Notes: a model not told the origin generated them from the sequence alone. Shown: positions 52,935-63,010, counted from the first letter of the stretch. The stretch is 64,000 bases of DNA from a virus (IMGVR_UViG_3300042402_002792); one strand, 5' to 3'. Made by a program: numbers and translations.

Positions 52935-52946
52935 ATCGTCTATAAT
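52918..52946 (+). promoter_or_regulatory. Perfect sigma70 consensus promoter TTGACA-N17-TATAAT, with an ATG 6 nt downstream (leaderless)
   Basis: TTGACA at 52918-52923, 17-nt spacer, TATAAT at 52941-52946, ATG at 52953. Confidence 0.5.
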
Positions 52947-52952
52947 TGTAGT

Positions 52953-54002
52953 ATGTTACACACAGAGACTACTATGACAAAACGTATCGGATTTGCTTGT
53001 AAATGGATTGATAATCCTACTCAAGTAGATGGCATTAAACCCAAAGATGATTGTAAAAAATACAATACCGGATCAACTACTGTTGCTTGGTTAAATAGAC
53101 AAAGCAAAGATGTAGCTGTTGAAAAACTATGGAACCTTATGAAAGGTAACATTGAATCTACTCGTTTGCTAGTTGAAAGGGTAGGTAATTTAAATGAAAA
53201 TCTTAGAATGGTACGACTCAGTAGCGATATCCTTCCTGTGTACACTGAGCCAACTTGGTCTTGGTTTTATAGGCAGTCCGATGTTAGAAGTTACGCCGAA
53301 CGATTTTTCGGAGAAGTCGGATCTCTGGCTAGGAAGAATTCTGTTAGGCTTAGCTTCCATCCTGGTCAGTTTTGCGTGTTGGCATCTGCTGACCCTGATA
53401 TTGTAAACAGATCCATTGAGGAATTTGAATATCATGCAGATATGGCGAGATGGATGGGGTTTGGTCAAAGATATCAGGACTTTAAGATCAACGTCCACAT
53501 CTCCGGTAGAGCCGGTCCAGAAGGTATTCGGTCTGCCCTCAAACGCCTTACCCCCGAAGCAAGAAACTGCATTACCATCGAAAACGAAGAAATGTCCTGG
53601 GGACTCGATTCAACCCTCGAGCTCGCAGGGGATCTCGCTTTGGTGTTAGACATACACCATCACTGGATTCGAGAAGGCGAGTATATCCATCCGAATGATG
53701 ATCGAGTTAAGAGAGTTATTGATAGTTGGCGTGGTGTTCGCCCAGTTTGCCATTACAGTGTGAGTCGAGAAGATGTCTTAGTTGCTCACTGTAATATAAC
53801 ACTCCCCGATCATAAGAGCCTCTTAGAATCAGGACATAAAAAACAAAAACTGCGAGCCCATAGTAATTTCTATTGGAACACCGCAGTTAATGAATGGGCA
53901 TTAGGCTTTACCGAAACTCACGATATCATGTGTGAATCTAAAGCAAAGAACCTAGCTAGTTTTGCACTGCATCAGCAGGCTACAACTTTAGGTCTTTTGT
54001 GA
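52953..54002 (+). CDS. TIM-barrel endonuclease-like protein (UV-damage endonuclease UvdE-like)
   Basis: 349 aa. N-terminal RIGFACKWID resembles the UvdE start. Overall length and predicted fold are consistent. This is an uncertain call. Confidence 0.3.
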   Translation: MLHTETTMTKRIGFACKWIDNPTQVDGIKPKDDCKKYNTGSTTVAWLNRQSKDVAVEKLWNLMKGNIESTRLLVERVGNLNENLRMVRLSSDILPVYTEPTWSWFYRQSDVRSYAERFFGEVGSLARKNSVRLSFHPGQFCVLASADPDIVNRSIEEFEYHADMARWMGFGQRYQDFKINVHISGRAGPEGIRSALKRLTPEARNCITIENEEMSWGLDSTLELAGDLALVLDIHHHWIREGEYIHPNDDRVKRVIDSWRGVRPVCHYSVSREDVLVAHCNITLPDHKSLLESGHKKQKLRAHSNFYWNTAVNEWALGFTETHDIMCESKAKNLASFALHQQATTLGLL

Positions 54003-54305
54003 TTTAGGCTTACGTGGAGCACGTGGCTGTTTTGGAGCAGGTGCTGCCTTAGGTGCTTTTGGCTTTGCTGGTGCTTTTGGCTTTGCTGGTGCTTTTGGCT
54101 TTGCTGGTTTAGCAGGTGCTGCCTCAACTACTGCCGCAGGTACAACCGCTTCTGGAACAACTACGACCGCATCAACTACTGCTGGTGCTGCCTCAATAAC
54201 CGGGGCTGCTTCTACTTTATACGGTGCCTCTGGGACTGCTTCTGGCTTTTTGCCTGTGAAGAATTCTGCAATTTTCTTGAACATTCTATGTTCCTCCTTA
54301 GGCAA
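53988..54305 (-). CDS. Histone H1-like Lys/Ala/Pro-rich DNA-binding protein
   Basis: 105 aa. C-terminal (AKPKAP)x3 plus KPK repeats, encoded by a perfect 18-bp x3 tandem repeat. Confidence 0.45.
   Translation of the reverse strand: MPKEEHRMFKKIAEFFTGKKPEAVPEAPYKVEAAPVIEAAPAVVDAVVVVPEAVVPAAVVEAAPAKPAKPKAPAKPKAPAKPKAPKAAPAPKQPRAPRKPKSQKT
54053..54106. repeat. Perfect tandem repeat (18 bp x 3) within a coding sequence
   Basis: GTGCTTTTGGCTTTGCTG repeated three times, encoding AKPKAP on the minus strand. Confidence 0.8.
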
Positions 54306-54328
54306 TTATTTATAAGCTAAATATAAAC

Positions 54329-54898
54329 ATGCCATTTAATTTTATAAAAAACGTTGTTTTAAATGAAAATACTCCTAGTAAAGAGCTAGAGTTATTACCG
54401 TTACCTTATTCAAAAGGTGATTTAGAACCTTCTATATCGGAAGATACTATCAACTATCACTATGGCAAACTAGCAAAGACCTATGTGGATCGTTACAATG
54501 CTAGAGAGGGCGACTTAGACTTTAATGAAGCTGGTGCATTCCTGCATAATATCCTATTTCCACAGTACAAGAAACCCAACGGTAAGAATGATCCAGATGG
54601 TAGCGCCAGTGAGTTTATCACTAAACATTTTAAGACATTTGCTAACTTTAAAGAAGAATTTAGCAAAGTAGCAATGGGCATACAAGGATCGGGCTGGGCA
54701 TATCTTGCTAAAGATGGTAAGATCAAAACAATTAAGAATCATCAGATCAAAAACGACATTGTTCTTTTAATAGATTGGTGGGAACATGCTTGGGCTCTTG
54801 ATTATCAAAGTGACAAAAAGAAGTACTTAGAAAATCAGTGGAAAATTATCAACTGGAATGTTATTAGTGCTAGATTAGGATTAGTTACAAACGACTAA
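54329..54898 (+). CDS. Fe/Mn superoxide dismutase family protein
   Basis: 189 aa. Metal-ligand positions are conserved: H in NYHYGK, H in FLHNILF, and D-x-x-x-H in IDWWEHAW (compare the DVWEHAYY signature). Confidence 0.5.
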   Translation: MPFNFIKNVVLNENTPSKELELLPLPYSKGDLEPSISEDTINYHYGKLAKTYVDRYNAREGDLDFNEAGAFLHNILFPQYKKPNGKNDPDGSASEFITKHFKTFANFKEEFSKVAMGIQGSGWAYLAKDGKIKTIKNHQIKNDIVLLIDWWEHAWALDYQSDKKKYLENQWKIINWNVISARLGLVTND

Positions 54899-55172
54899 TA
54901 TCTCTAGTACTAGATACTGGCATATCCCATATTAGGCGTCGCTCGACGCCTTTCTTTTGAGCAAACCGTTTGGCATCACAATGCTCACAACAATGAAAGT
55001 AGTTGTTGTTTAGTCGCTTGGGGCTAATCTTTTCTTTTGGTCTACGAAAAGTTTCGCCACAATTGTCGCAGCGGAACAATACTAGTGTTTGTGTTCTACT
55101 ATACTCGTGTATAACACCTGTTTTACTAGGTCTATGATATATGTTAACTTCTTTTTCTGTGCCTAAGAACAT
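54885..55172 (-). CDS. Small zinc-finger protein
   Basis: 95 aa. CDNCGETF...CCEHCD four-Cys motifs. Confidence 0.4.
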   Translation of the reverse strand: MFLGTEKEVNIYHRPSKTGVIHEYSRTQTLVLFRCDNCGETFRRPKEKISPKRLNNNYFHCCEHCDAKRFAQKKGVERRLIWDMPVSSTRDISRL

Positions 55173-55230
55173 AAAAGTATTTACATTAGGGTTATAAAAA
55201 TTTTAGGTAAATATCAAAAGAGGACAAAAA

Positions 55231-55554
55231 ATGATCACAGTTACTGAGACTGCTGCTGACAAAATTAAAGATATCTTAGCAGAAGAAAACAACCCAGGCG
55301 CCAAATTACGTATGTTTGTACAAGGAGGCGGGTGTTCAGGATTTAGTTATGGCTTTACTATCGACGATAAACTAGCCGAAGACGACTGGGATATTGAAGC
55401 TAACGGTGTACATGTCCTTGTAGATTCTATGAGTGCTCAATATTTAGAAGGTGCAATTGTAGACTACAAAGAAGAATTAATGGGTTCAAATTTTACAATC
55501 AAGAACCCAAATGCAACAACAACATGCGGTTGCGGATCTAGTTTCGGGGTATAA
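55231..55554 (+). CDS. IscA/HesB-family Fe-S cluster insertion protein
   Basis: 107 aa. C-terminal CGCGSSF signature and conserved [15 protein letters not shown] ribosome-binding site. Confidence 0.75.
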   Translation: MITVTETAADKIKDILAEENNPGAKLRMFVQGGGCSGFSYGFTIDDKLAEDDWDIEANGVHVLVDSMSAQYLEGAIVDYKEELMGSNFTIKNPNATTTCGCGSSFGV

Positions 55555-55555
55555 T

Positions 55556-58500
55556 ATGGCAAGACAAGAAATTGATATCGGTGTACAAGGTAATGACGGC
55601 ACAGGCGACAGTATTCGTGAAGCCTTTAGAAAAGTTAACGAAAATTTAAGCGATCTATATGCAGTCATAGGAGAAGGTGATTTAATTAAATCTACTAGTT
55701 TAGATGACTTTCCTAGCTCATATGCTCCTAATCAAATATTTGTTGTTAACGATCCCGGTGATGCAGTACTTGCTAAAACCATTGTAGGCACTAATGGTAT
55801 TAGCATTGACAATACTAACGAAGACGAATTAATTATCAGTGCTGGTGGTGCAAAGTTAAATGGTGACTTAACGCCTAGTCTCGGTGCTCCGCTAAATGCT
55901 AACAGTCTACCTATTGGTCGTGTTGGTGAGCCAAATGCTACAAATGTAAACCTTTTTAACAGTGTTCACGGTACTAATATAACCGTTGACGATCTTGCTG
56001 TTACCAAAGGATACGCTGACCGCAGATATTTACAATCATCAGGCGGGTCAGGTGCTGGCCAGATTCGTATTAGAACTGAACCAGTTGATCAATCAGAATA
56101 TACACAAACTATCGAAGCCTATCAAAATGGTAATATTAAAATTACAGGTCACGGATACGATAGTGGTAGTGATGGTATTGCTTTTAAATATTATTCAACT
56201 GGTTCATCTGCAACCGGCCTAGTTGAGGGGACAACTTATTATTTAAAATATGTAAACACTGTTGAATTAAGTGTACATCCTACATTTGACGATGCTAGAG
56301 CAAATCCTGGAACTAATAGAATAGCTATTCCCACAGGATCAGGATCAGGTGTACAAACTCTTACAGATGCGTTTTTAGACACGTCTATACCAGGTAATTT
56401 CTTAACCAACGAAGCATTACCTAGAATAAGCACAGTTCGACGTCAAGGCGATGTAATGGCCGGTCCGTTATATTTGTCAGATCATCCTGAGCCGTTAAAC
56501 GAAAATCCTATACCGGCAGTAACAGGTGCTAATCCAGATTTTCAAGCTGCTACAAAATATTACGTTGACAATAACAGTTTTGCTAGCAATATTAATTTAT
56601 TTGTAAGCACATCAGGTGACGATGATCAAACAAATACTCCTCCTGGTAAGGAAGGTAGAGCGTTAGCTTATGCCTATGAAACACTAGGAGCAGCTTGCCG
56701 TAAAGCTGAAGAATTGATTGAACTAGCAGCAAACGAACCTGGACCTTATAGACAGCGTCTAGCATTTACAGTAGGCGGAGAAACTACTAACAGTCAAGTT
56801 CAGTCAGTAGCTATAACTGGTGGCACTGGTTATAGTGCTGTTGAAATATTACTATCTAAAAATAGAGAATATATTCGAGCTGAAGTTATCGGATATATCA
56901 ATTCTACTTTCCCTAATTTTAATTACGACGAAGAACTGTGTTCTCGAGATGTAGGATTAATTATCGACGCTGTAATTTTAGATGTATTATTTGATAGTAA
57001 TCATCAATCAATTAATGCAGGTCGATCATATTTTAGTAATTTAAGTGCTAGAATTGCTAGCGGAAATCAAAAAACTGAAACACTTGCTGGTATTAATTAT
57101 GCTAAATCATTGGCAGATTATGTACTACAAAAAATTAATCCGCCGGTAAGTTACCAGTCAGTATATACAAGACAAAGTGATCTTATTAACAGTAACAGCA
57201 CACAACGAACTCTTGTTGGGACAAAATTTAATGTAATTACTGGAATTATAAACAACGGTTTATCGTCAACTCCAAACATTGATTATGGTACTGGATTAGT
57301 ATCATTTGTGGTAAACAACGGTGGACAAGGATATGTTGATCAAGGTAATCCAACAAACATTGATATTATTCCCGGTAAAATTGTTCGAGGTATAAATTCT
57401 GAAGCTGTTGCTAGAGTTGTTAGTTATACCGCAGGTGTAACAACTGATACTATAGAATGTACACTTCTAACACCATTTAATTTTAGTGTAGCTGAAGAAA
57501 TTGAATTTGCCGAGGCTAACAAAGTTTATCAAATTACAATTAGACCCGAAAGTGGAATTTATTACGAAGACTATCCTATTAGAGTTCCTGCTAACGTAAC
57601 TATTAGAGGCGATGATTTCCGCAGAACAATTATACGTCCTAAAGATCGTGCAAGTCAAAGCCCATGGATTGAGACTTATTTTTACAGAGATACAAATTTT
57701 GACGGCTTAGATCTTGCTCCTACATACTATCCTGAAGCAGTTAGATTGCTTGAAGATAACAAAGACTTCTTAAAGAGAGAGGTTATTGCATGGATTGCTG
57801 CTCAAGTGTCAGGTAACATATCACCGTTTACGTCTGGCTTTACTTACAATCAAGGTAAGTGCTCTCGTGATGTAGGATTAATTGTCGACGCATTAATTCA
57901 AGACATTAAGTATGGTGGCAATGCTTCAACTTATGACGCTTCATCATTATATTATAACGGTGTTACAAGTAAGATTACTGGGCAAGAAGCACAGACCGCA
58001 GCAGCACTTACACAATTAAAAACTATTGTTGTAAACTTTGTTTTAACTAACACTGCATACACTGCACTTCAGGCAGCAGTTAGTCAAACTATTACAGCTC
58101 CTGCAAGTGAGGCTGGTGCTGTTACTAAATCAAATACATTGTTAACCAGTGTAGCTAGTGTAGTATCAACTGGATTATCTGCCTTGCCAGCTACTTATGA
58201 TAGTCCTAGATATGGATATCATTACTTAACAGATACTACAAGGGTTATGGATTTAGGTCCGTCATACACAAATGAAGGCGGTTACGTAAACTCTGCTAAG
58301 TTGTTAGAAATAAACAAAGAATATATTAAGGCAGAAGTTACAGCATTTGTGTCTGCACAACCTGGTGTTATATCTTTTGATACTGCAAAAAGTTCTAGAG
58401 ACACAGGATTAATATTAGATGCAATTATTGCAGATTTACGAGCAGGTGGACGAATTAATGCTGTAAGCACAGCAGCAACATTCTTAAATTCAGCGCCTAC

Positions 58501-61500
58501 TGTTACACAGGCAGCATGTATTGCTGGCATGAATCATATTAATACAATTGCACAAAAAATTATTTTAAACCAAGCACCAACTGTAACTTATCAAAGTTCC
58601 GTAGCGCAAATTTTAAACAATACACTCACTGCTGAAACTGGCAGTGGTGCTGATATTACTAATTTAGTAAGTACAGTAGTATTTGCATTTAATCCTAGTT
58701 TTAATCCTCCAAAGAATAATTCTAATGTTGACGTATTCTTGTTTAATGATGCAGTGAGGGTTAGTAATATAACAGCACAAGGACATGGCGGTTTTATGTG
58801 TGTCCTTGATCCGTCTGGATCAATTGGATCTAAGAGTCCGTATGTACAAGAAAGTGGATGTTTTTCTAAAAGTATTAATAGACAAACGTTTGCAGGTGGT
58901 ATGTTTATCGACGGCTTCTGTGGAAGATTGAAAACTAAGATCACTAATGTCAGTGGATTAAACTTAACACTGTCAGGATTAACTTATCGTAGACCTGTGG
59001 CGCCAGCAGCGTTTTATTATAACGGATTCCGTTATCAAGTTGATAACATTAAATCTTATAATGCAGGTACTGGAGTAGCTGTTATTGAATTAAATCCAAC
59101 TACACCATGGACAAATGGCAACCTTAATATTATTTTAGAAACCCCCGGCAATCGATCAATGCTAGCTAATGACTTTACACAAGTTAACGACTTAGGCTAC
59201 GGTATTGTTGCACACAACACTGGATTAACAGAGCAAGTTTCAACATTTACATATTACTGTCATACTGCTTATCTTGCCAGTTACGGTGGACAGATTCGTT
59301 CTGTTGCTGGGTCAAATGCACAAGGTAATTACGGTCTTAAGGCCATTGGTGCTGATCCAACCGAAATTCCAGACCAGGTATCATTATCTCAAAATATGAC
59401 GCAGGTAGCTAAGGTCTATCGTTTTGACGACTTTAGTGCTGACAATCAAAAGAATGACATTGAACTATATGTTAAACGATATGCATATATTCCTAGTTCA
59501 ATTAGTGAAATTGAAATTGATCATAACAACGGTAGTATTTCAAGATATGAACTTAGAACTATTACTAGAACTGGTTTAAATGAAAGTCAATACACTTATC
59601 GAATCACAGGTGTAACACAAGCATCAACTGCTGTAGTTACAGTCATGGGTACATTACCTTTAACTATTACAGGTATTACTAGAGCTAGTCCAGCTGAAGT
59701 AACTGTCAGCGGTAGTCATGGAATGACAAATGGTGACTTTGTAACAATTACTGGTGTTGTAGGTATGACTCAGATCAACAACGGTAGTTACTACATTAAG
59801 TCTACCGGTGCTAGTACTTTTGAATTATATACTGACGACACACTAATTCCAGAATTAGATAGCGTTAACTTTACTTCTTATGCTAGTGGTGGTACTGTTG
59901 AAAGTCCTATTAAATTTTACAAAGGTGACAGAATTGCTATCAGCGGTGTAGGAGGTATGACGCAACTTAACGGAAACAAATACTATGCTAAACCGTTAAC
60001 ATATAAAACATTCGAACTATATGCTGACTACAATCCTGCTACTGATACACTAAGTAGTCCTATTAACTCCACAGCATTTACTGCTTATACAAGTGGTGGT
60101 ACTGTAAATGAAAAATTCACTTATAATATTTCAGCTATAACTAAAGCTAATCCTGCACAGGTTACATTTAGTGAAAACCATCACTTCATTGACGGCGACC
60201 TTGTAAAAATTGAAAGTGTAGCTGGCATGATACAGATTACCGGATTGTACTATGTCAAACGTAATGGCGCAAATACTATTCAACTTTATCAAGATCCTAC
60301 ACTAGCTACAACAGTTGACAGCACTTCTTTTAGTACCTACACTAGCGGTGGTACTTGCTTCGGTGGTAAAGAAATATTGTTACTGAGCATTAGCACAAAT
60401 TCAAACGATAACAGAGAAGCTAACGGTTTTACTACTCAATTACATGATCACATGAACATCGGAATTCGAGAATTACAAAACTTTAGATTCAATGAAGTTG
60501 AGAACGTAAACCCAACTAGACCTAGTACTGCTTTAGAATTTGATGCAACGTTACCGGATGTTTATAGGATTATTGCCTATGGTACTAGTCTTGCAGACGG
60601 ATCAAAGTTACCTGCTAATAGTGCCGTTCTAAGTGCAGATACTTCTTTTGTTTATATTAAGCCAACTAGCGATCCAACTAAAATTACCACAGTAGATCCT
60701 GATAATGGTGCAAAAACTATGGGGTCATTAGTTGGAGATGATAAAGTTGCTATCTTTGAAATCTCTGGTGCAGAAAATGCATCTAAACGTGATTTGTTAA
60801 ACACTGGTACACTGCTTTTTGCATGGAACGGTAAAATGCATCGAATTACCGGCTATACTCCGGCTGTAGGAATGGTGCCACCATATATCAGTTTTACTGA
60901 TGTAACTGACAACAATAATTACGGAACAAGTACTGGTCTTAATCGAGTCCTTAGTGGCTCAAGTTCTACTGTATTGCGAGCAGGTTTACCAGCAGGCTCA
61001 ACCGCTAGTATCACAGTTAAAATTTCAACATGTCGAGCAACTGGTCATGATTTCTTAGATATAGGAACTGGTGGTTACAATACTACAAACTATCCTAGTG
61101 CAATCTTTGGTAATCCTAGTCAAGGTCCTACACAAGAAAACGAAGTCACTGAATTATTAAAAGGTCGTGTATTCTATGTAACAACAGATCAAGACGGTGT
61201 GTTCCGTGTAGGTCGATTCTTTACAGTTGACCAGGGTACTGGTACTGTTACGTTCTCAGCTAGTATTGCTCTAAGCAACTTAGACGGTATTGGATTTAAG
61301 CGTGGTGTTACTGTTGCTGAATTCTCAACAGATGCAACAATGACTAATAATGCTACCGATACTGTTCCAGTACAGTCAGCAATTAGAGGATATATTGACA
61401 AACGACTAGGTTTAGATCATAGTGGTAATACTGTTCCAGTACCAAACTTAATCGGTTCTGGTTACTTACCGCTTAACGGTGCGCTACCTATGAAAGCTAA

Positions 61501-63010
61501 CTTTAATGCAGGCGGCTTTAATATTCAAAACCTAGCAGCACCTATGGATCCGTCGGAAGCAGCTACCAAACTGTATGTTGATAATTTAGTTGGATTGAAC
61601 GACGAATTATCTGAGCTAACAGATATGGCTATTCTAAATGCCGCATCTGGTGATGTGTTAATGTTTACAGGTGGCAATTTAAATGCTGTCAGTGCAACTA
61701 TAAGTGGAGATATTGTACCTACTTACACTAGTTTATATGCTTCACCGTTAGTAGGTGGTATTACCAGTGCTCCAACAATTGACTCAGGCATTGCTGGAAC
61801 TAGTAATATATTTGTATCTGGTGGTATTGTTGTCGACGATATTACTGGTTTCCCAACAGTTGGTTATATTCAAATCAACGGAGAAATTTTCCAATACACA
61901 GGAATTACAGCGCCGAGTAATAGATTTGATGGTATCACAAGAGCAAAATACAGTACCAGTGCAGCAATTCATGCAGGCGGATCTATTGTTAAAAGTGTGG
62001 AACATGCAAGATTAGATTTACAATATGCACCTTTAAGTATTGTTAATGCTGATGTAAGTCTCACAGCAGCTATTGCACAAAGTAAATTGGCAATGACTGC
62101 GGCTACTACCCGTGCTAATGCTACAGGCATTACACAAGCAGATAGAGGCTTAGCAAGTTTTGACAGTGCTAATTTTGAAATTACTAACGGATGGGTTGGT
62201 ATTAAAGCTGGTGGTGTTACATTAAGTGAAATAGCAAATATTACTGATGCTAGAATATTAGGTAACTTTACAGGATCAGCGGCAGCACCGCAAGAACTAA
62301 CAGCATCAACTGTTGGTACAAAATCACTTGAAGCTTTGTTTACTTCTAACGGTGCATTGACTAGAACTGGTTCTGAAACATTCGCTGTAGTTGGAATTAC
62401 AACTAACGGAGCTAACGACAGCATTGTAAAAACATCCGGTAGTGGTACTATAGATGTTAAAGGGTTGTTAATTAACGGTAGTAATGCACTAACGCACAGT
62501 AGTACAACTATTAAACTAACTACACCAGGCGGTATTGATATAATAAGTGCTAGCGGTACAGCTAATAATGCTACTCCAGTAACTATATTAGGACAGTGGG
62601 CTTTAGGTACTAATGCTACATTACAAGCAACATTTGCTGACTTAGCAGAATTTTACAGCAGTGATCAAATATATGAGCCAGGAACAGTTTTAGTATTTGG
62701 TGGCGATGCTGAAGTAACTACTACTAATATATTCGGCGATACTAGAGTAGCTGGTGTTGTGTCAACAGAACCAGGCTTTATGATGAATGGTGAGCTTGCA
62801 GGTACTAGAGCATGTATTGCACTACAAGGGCGTGTACCATGTAAAGTCGTAGGTAAAGTTAAAAAAGGTGACTTACTAACAACGGCTGGAGTACTAGGTC
62901 ATGCTGCTAAAGCTATAAATCCTCAAGTAGGTACACTAATAGGTAAAGCATTACAAGATAAAGATTACTCCGAAGCTGGTGTAATCGAAGTTGCAGTGGG
63001 GCGTGTATAA
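55556..63010 (+). CDS. Giant virion structural (fibre/adhesin-like) protein of 2484 aa with internal ~75-aa tandem repeats
   Basis: The ORF track's 55511 start was trimmed to the ATG after the IscA stop. N-terminal GDSIREAFRKVNENLSDLY motif shared with the next gene. Gly/Thr/Ser/Asn/Val-rich. Three tandem repeats span about 59660-60360. Confidence 0.55.
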   Translation: MARQEIDIGVQGNDGTGDSIREAFRKVNENLSDLYAVIGEGDLIKSTSLDDFPSSYAPNQIFVVNDPGDAVLAKTIVGTNGISIDNTNEDELIISAGGAKLNGDLTPSLGAPLNANSLPIGRVGEPNATNVNLFNSVHGTNITVDDLAVTKGYADRRYLQSSGGSGAGQIRIRTEPVDQSEYTQTIEAYQNGNIKITGHGYDSGSDGIAFKYYSTGSSATGLVEGTTYYLKYVNTVELSVHPTFDDARANPGTNRIAIPTGSGSGVQTLTDAFLDTSIPGNFLTNEALPRISTVRRQGDVMAGPLYLSDHPEPLNENPIPAVTGANPDFQAATKYYVDNNSFASNINLFVSTSGDDDQTNTPPGKEGRALAYAYETLGAACRKAEELIELAANEPGPYRQRLAFTVGGETTNSQVQSVAITGGTGYSAVEILLSKNREYIRAEVIGYINSTFPNFNYDEELCSRDVGLIIDAVILDVLFDSNHQSINAGRSYFSNLSARIASGNQKTETLAGINYAKSLADYVLQKINPPVSYQSVYTRQSDLINSNSTQRTLVGTKFNVITGIINNGLSSTPNIDYGTGLVSFVVNNGGQGYVDQGNPTNIDIIPGKIVRGINSEAVARVVSYTAGVTTDTIECTLLTPFNFSVAEEIEFAEANKVYQITIRPESGIYYEDYPIRVPANVTIRGDDFRRTIIRPKDRASQSPWIETYFYRDTNFDGLDLAPTYYPEAVRLLEDNKDFLKREVIAWIAAQVSGNISPFTSGFTYNQGKCSRDVGLIVDALIQDIKYGGNASTYDASSLYYNGVTSKITGQEAQTAAALTQLKTIVVNFVLTNTAYTALQAAVSQTITAPASEAGAVTKSNTLLTSVASVVSTGLSALPATYDSPRYGYHYLTDTTRVMDLGPSYTNEGGYVNSAKLLEINKEYIKAEVTAFVSAQPGVISFDTAKSSRDTGLILDAIIADLRAGGRINAVSTAATFLNSAPTVTQAACIAGMNHINTIAQKIILNQAPTVTYQSSVAQILNNTLTAETGSGADITNLVSTVVFAFNPSFNPPKNNSNVDVFLFNDAVRVSNITAQGHGGFMCVLDPSGSIGSKSPYVQESGCFSKSINRQTFAGGMFIDGFCGRLKTKITNVSGLNLTLSGLTYRRPVAPAAFYYNGFRYQVDNIKSYNAGTGVAVIELNPTTPWTNGNLNIILETPGNRSMLANDFTQVNDLGYGIVAHNTGLTEQVSTFTYYCHTAYLASYGGQIRSVAGSNAQGNYGLKAIGADPTEIPDQVSLSQNMTQVAKVYRFDDFSADNQKNDIELYVKRYAYIPSSISEIEIDHNNGSISRYELRTITRTGLNESQYTYRITGVTQASTAVVTVMGTLPLTITGITRASPAEVTVSGSHGMTNGDFVTITGVVGMTQINNGSYYIKSTGASTFELYTDDTLIPELDSVNFTSYASGGTVESPIKFYKGDRIAISGVGGMTQLNGNKYYAKPLTYKTFELYADYNPATDTLSSPINSTAFTAYTSGGTVNEKFTYNISAITKANPAQVTFSENHHFIDGDLVKIESVAGMIQITGLYYVKRNGANTIQLYQDPTLATTVDSTSFSTYTSGGTCFGGKEILLLSISTNSNDNREANGFTTQLHDHMNIGIRELQNFRFNEVENVNPTRPSTALEFDATLPDVYRIIAYGTSLADGSKLPANSAVLSADTSFVYIKPTSDPTKITTVDPDNGAKTMGSLVGDDKVAIFEISGAENASKRDLLNTGTLLFAWNGKMHRITGYTPAVGMVPPYISFTDVTDNNNYGTSTGLNRVLSGSSSTVLRAGLPAGSTASITVKISTCRATGHDFLDIGTGGYNTTNYPSAIFGNPSQGPTQENEVTELLKGRVFYVTTDQDGVFRVGRFFTVDQGTGTVTFSASIALSNLDGIGFKRGVTVAEFSTDATMTNNATDTVPVQSAIRGYIDKRLGLDHSGNTVPVPNLIGSGYLPLNGALPMKANFNAGGFNIQNLAAPMDPSEAATKLYVDNLVGLNDELSELTDMAILNAASGDVLMFTGGNLNAVSATISGDIVPTYTSLYASPLVGGITSAPTIDSGIAGTSNIFVSGGIVVDDITGFPTVGYIQINGEIFQYTGITAPSNRFDGITRAKYSTSAAIHAGGSIVKSVEHARLDLQYAPLSIVNADVSLTAAIAQSKLAMTAATTRANATGITQADRGLASFDSANFEITNGWVGIKAGGVTLSEIANITDARILGNFTGSAAAPQELTASTVGTKSLEALFTSNGALTRTGSETFAVVGITTNGANDSIVKTSGSGTIDVKGLLINGSNALTHSSTTIKLTTPGGIDIISASGTANNATPVTILGQWALGTNATLQATFADLAEFYSSDQIYEPGTVLVFGGDAEVTTTNIFGDTRVAGVVSTEPGFMMNGELAGTRACIALQGRVPCKVVGKVKKGDLLTTAGVLGHAAKAINPQVGTLIGKALQDKDYSEAGVIEVAVGRV
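59660..60360 (+). repeat. Three tandem in-frame coding repeats of about 230 nt inside the giant structural gene
   Basis: Protein repeats I(T/S)xIT(R/K)A(S/N)PA(E/Q)VT.S..H...GD.V.I..V.GM.Q(I/L)NG..YY.K....FELY.D...(V/I)(D/N)S..FT.YTSGGT occur three times. Confidence 0.55.

Noticed and set aside
54053-54106. Possible CRISPR-like array
   Set aside because: There are only three 18-bp direct repeats with no spacers, and they are in frame inside a coding sequence, encoding AKPKAP repeats. No CRISPR array is present anywhere in the window.
55986-62424. Multiple small ORFs on both strands inside the 2484-aa structural gene
   Set aside because: They are alternate-frame or antisense artefacts within a long, compositionally biased gene.
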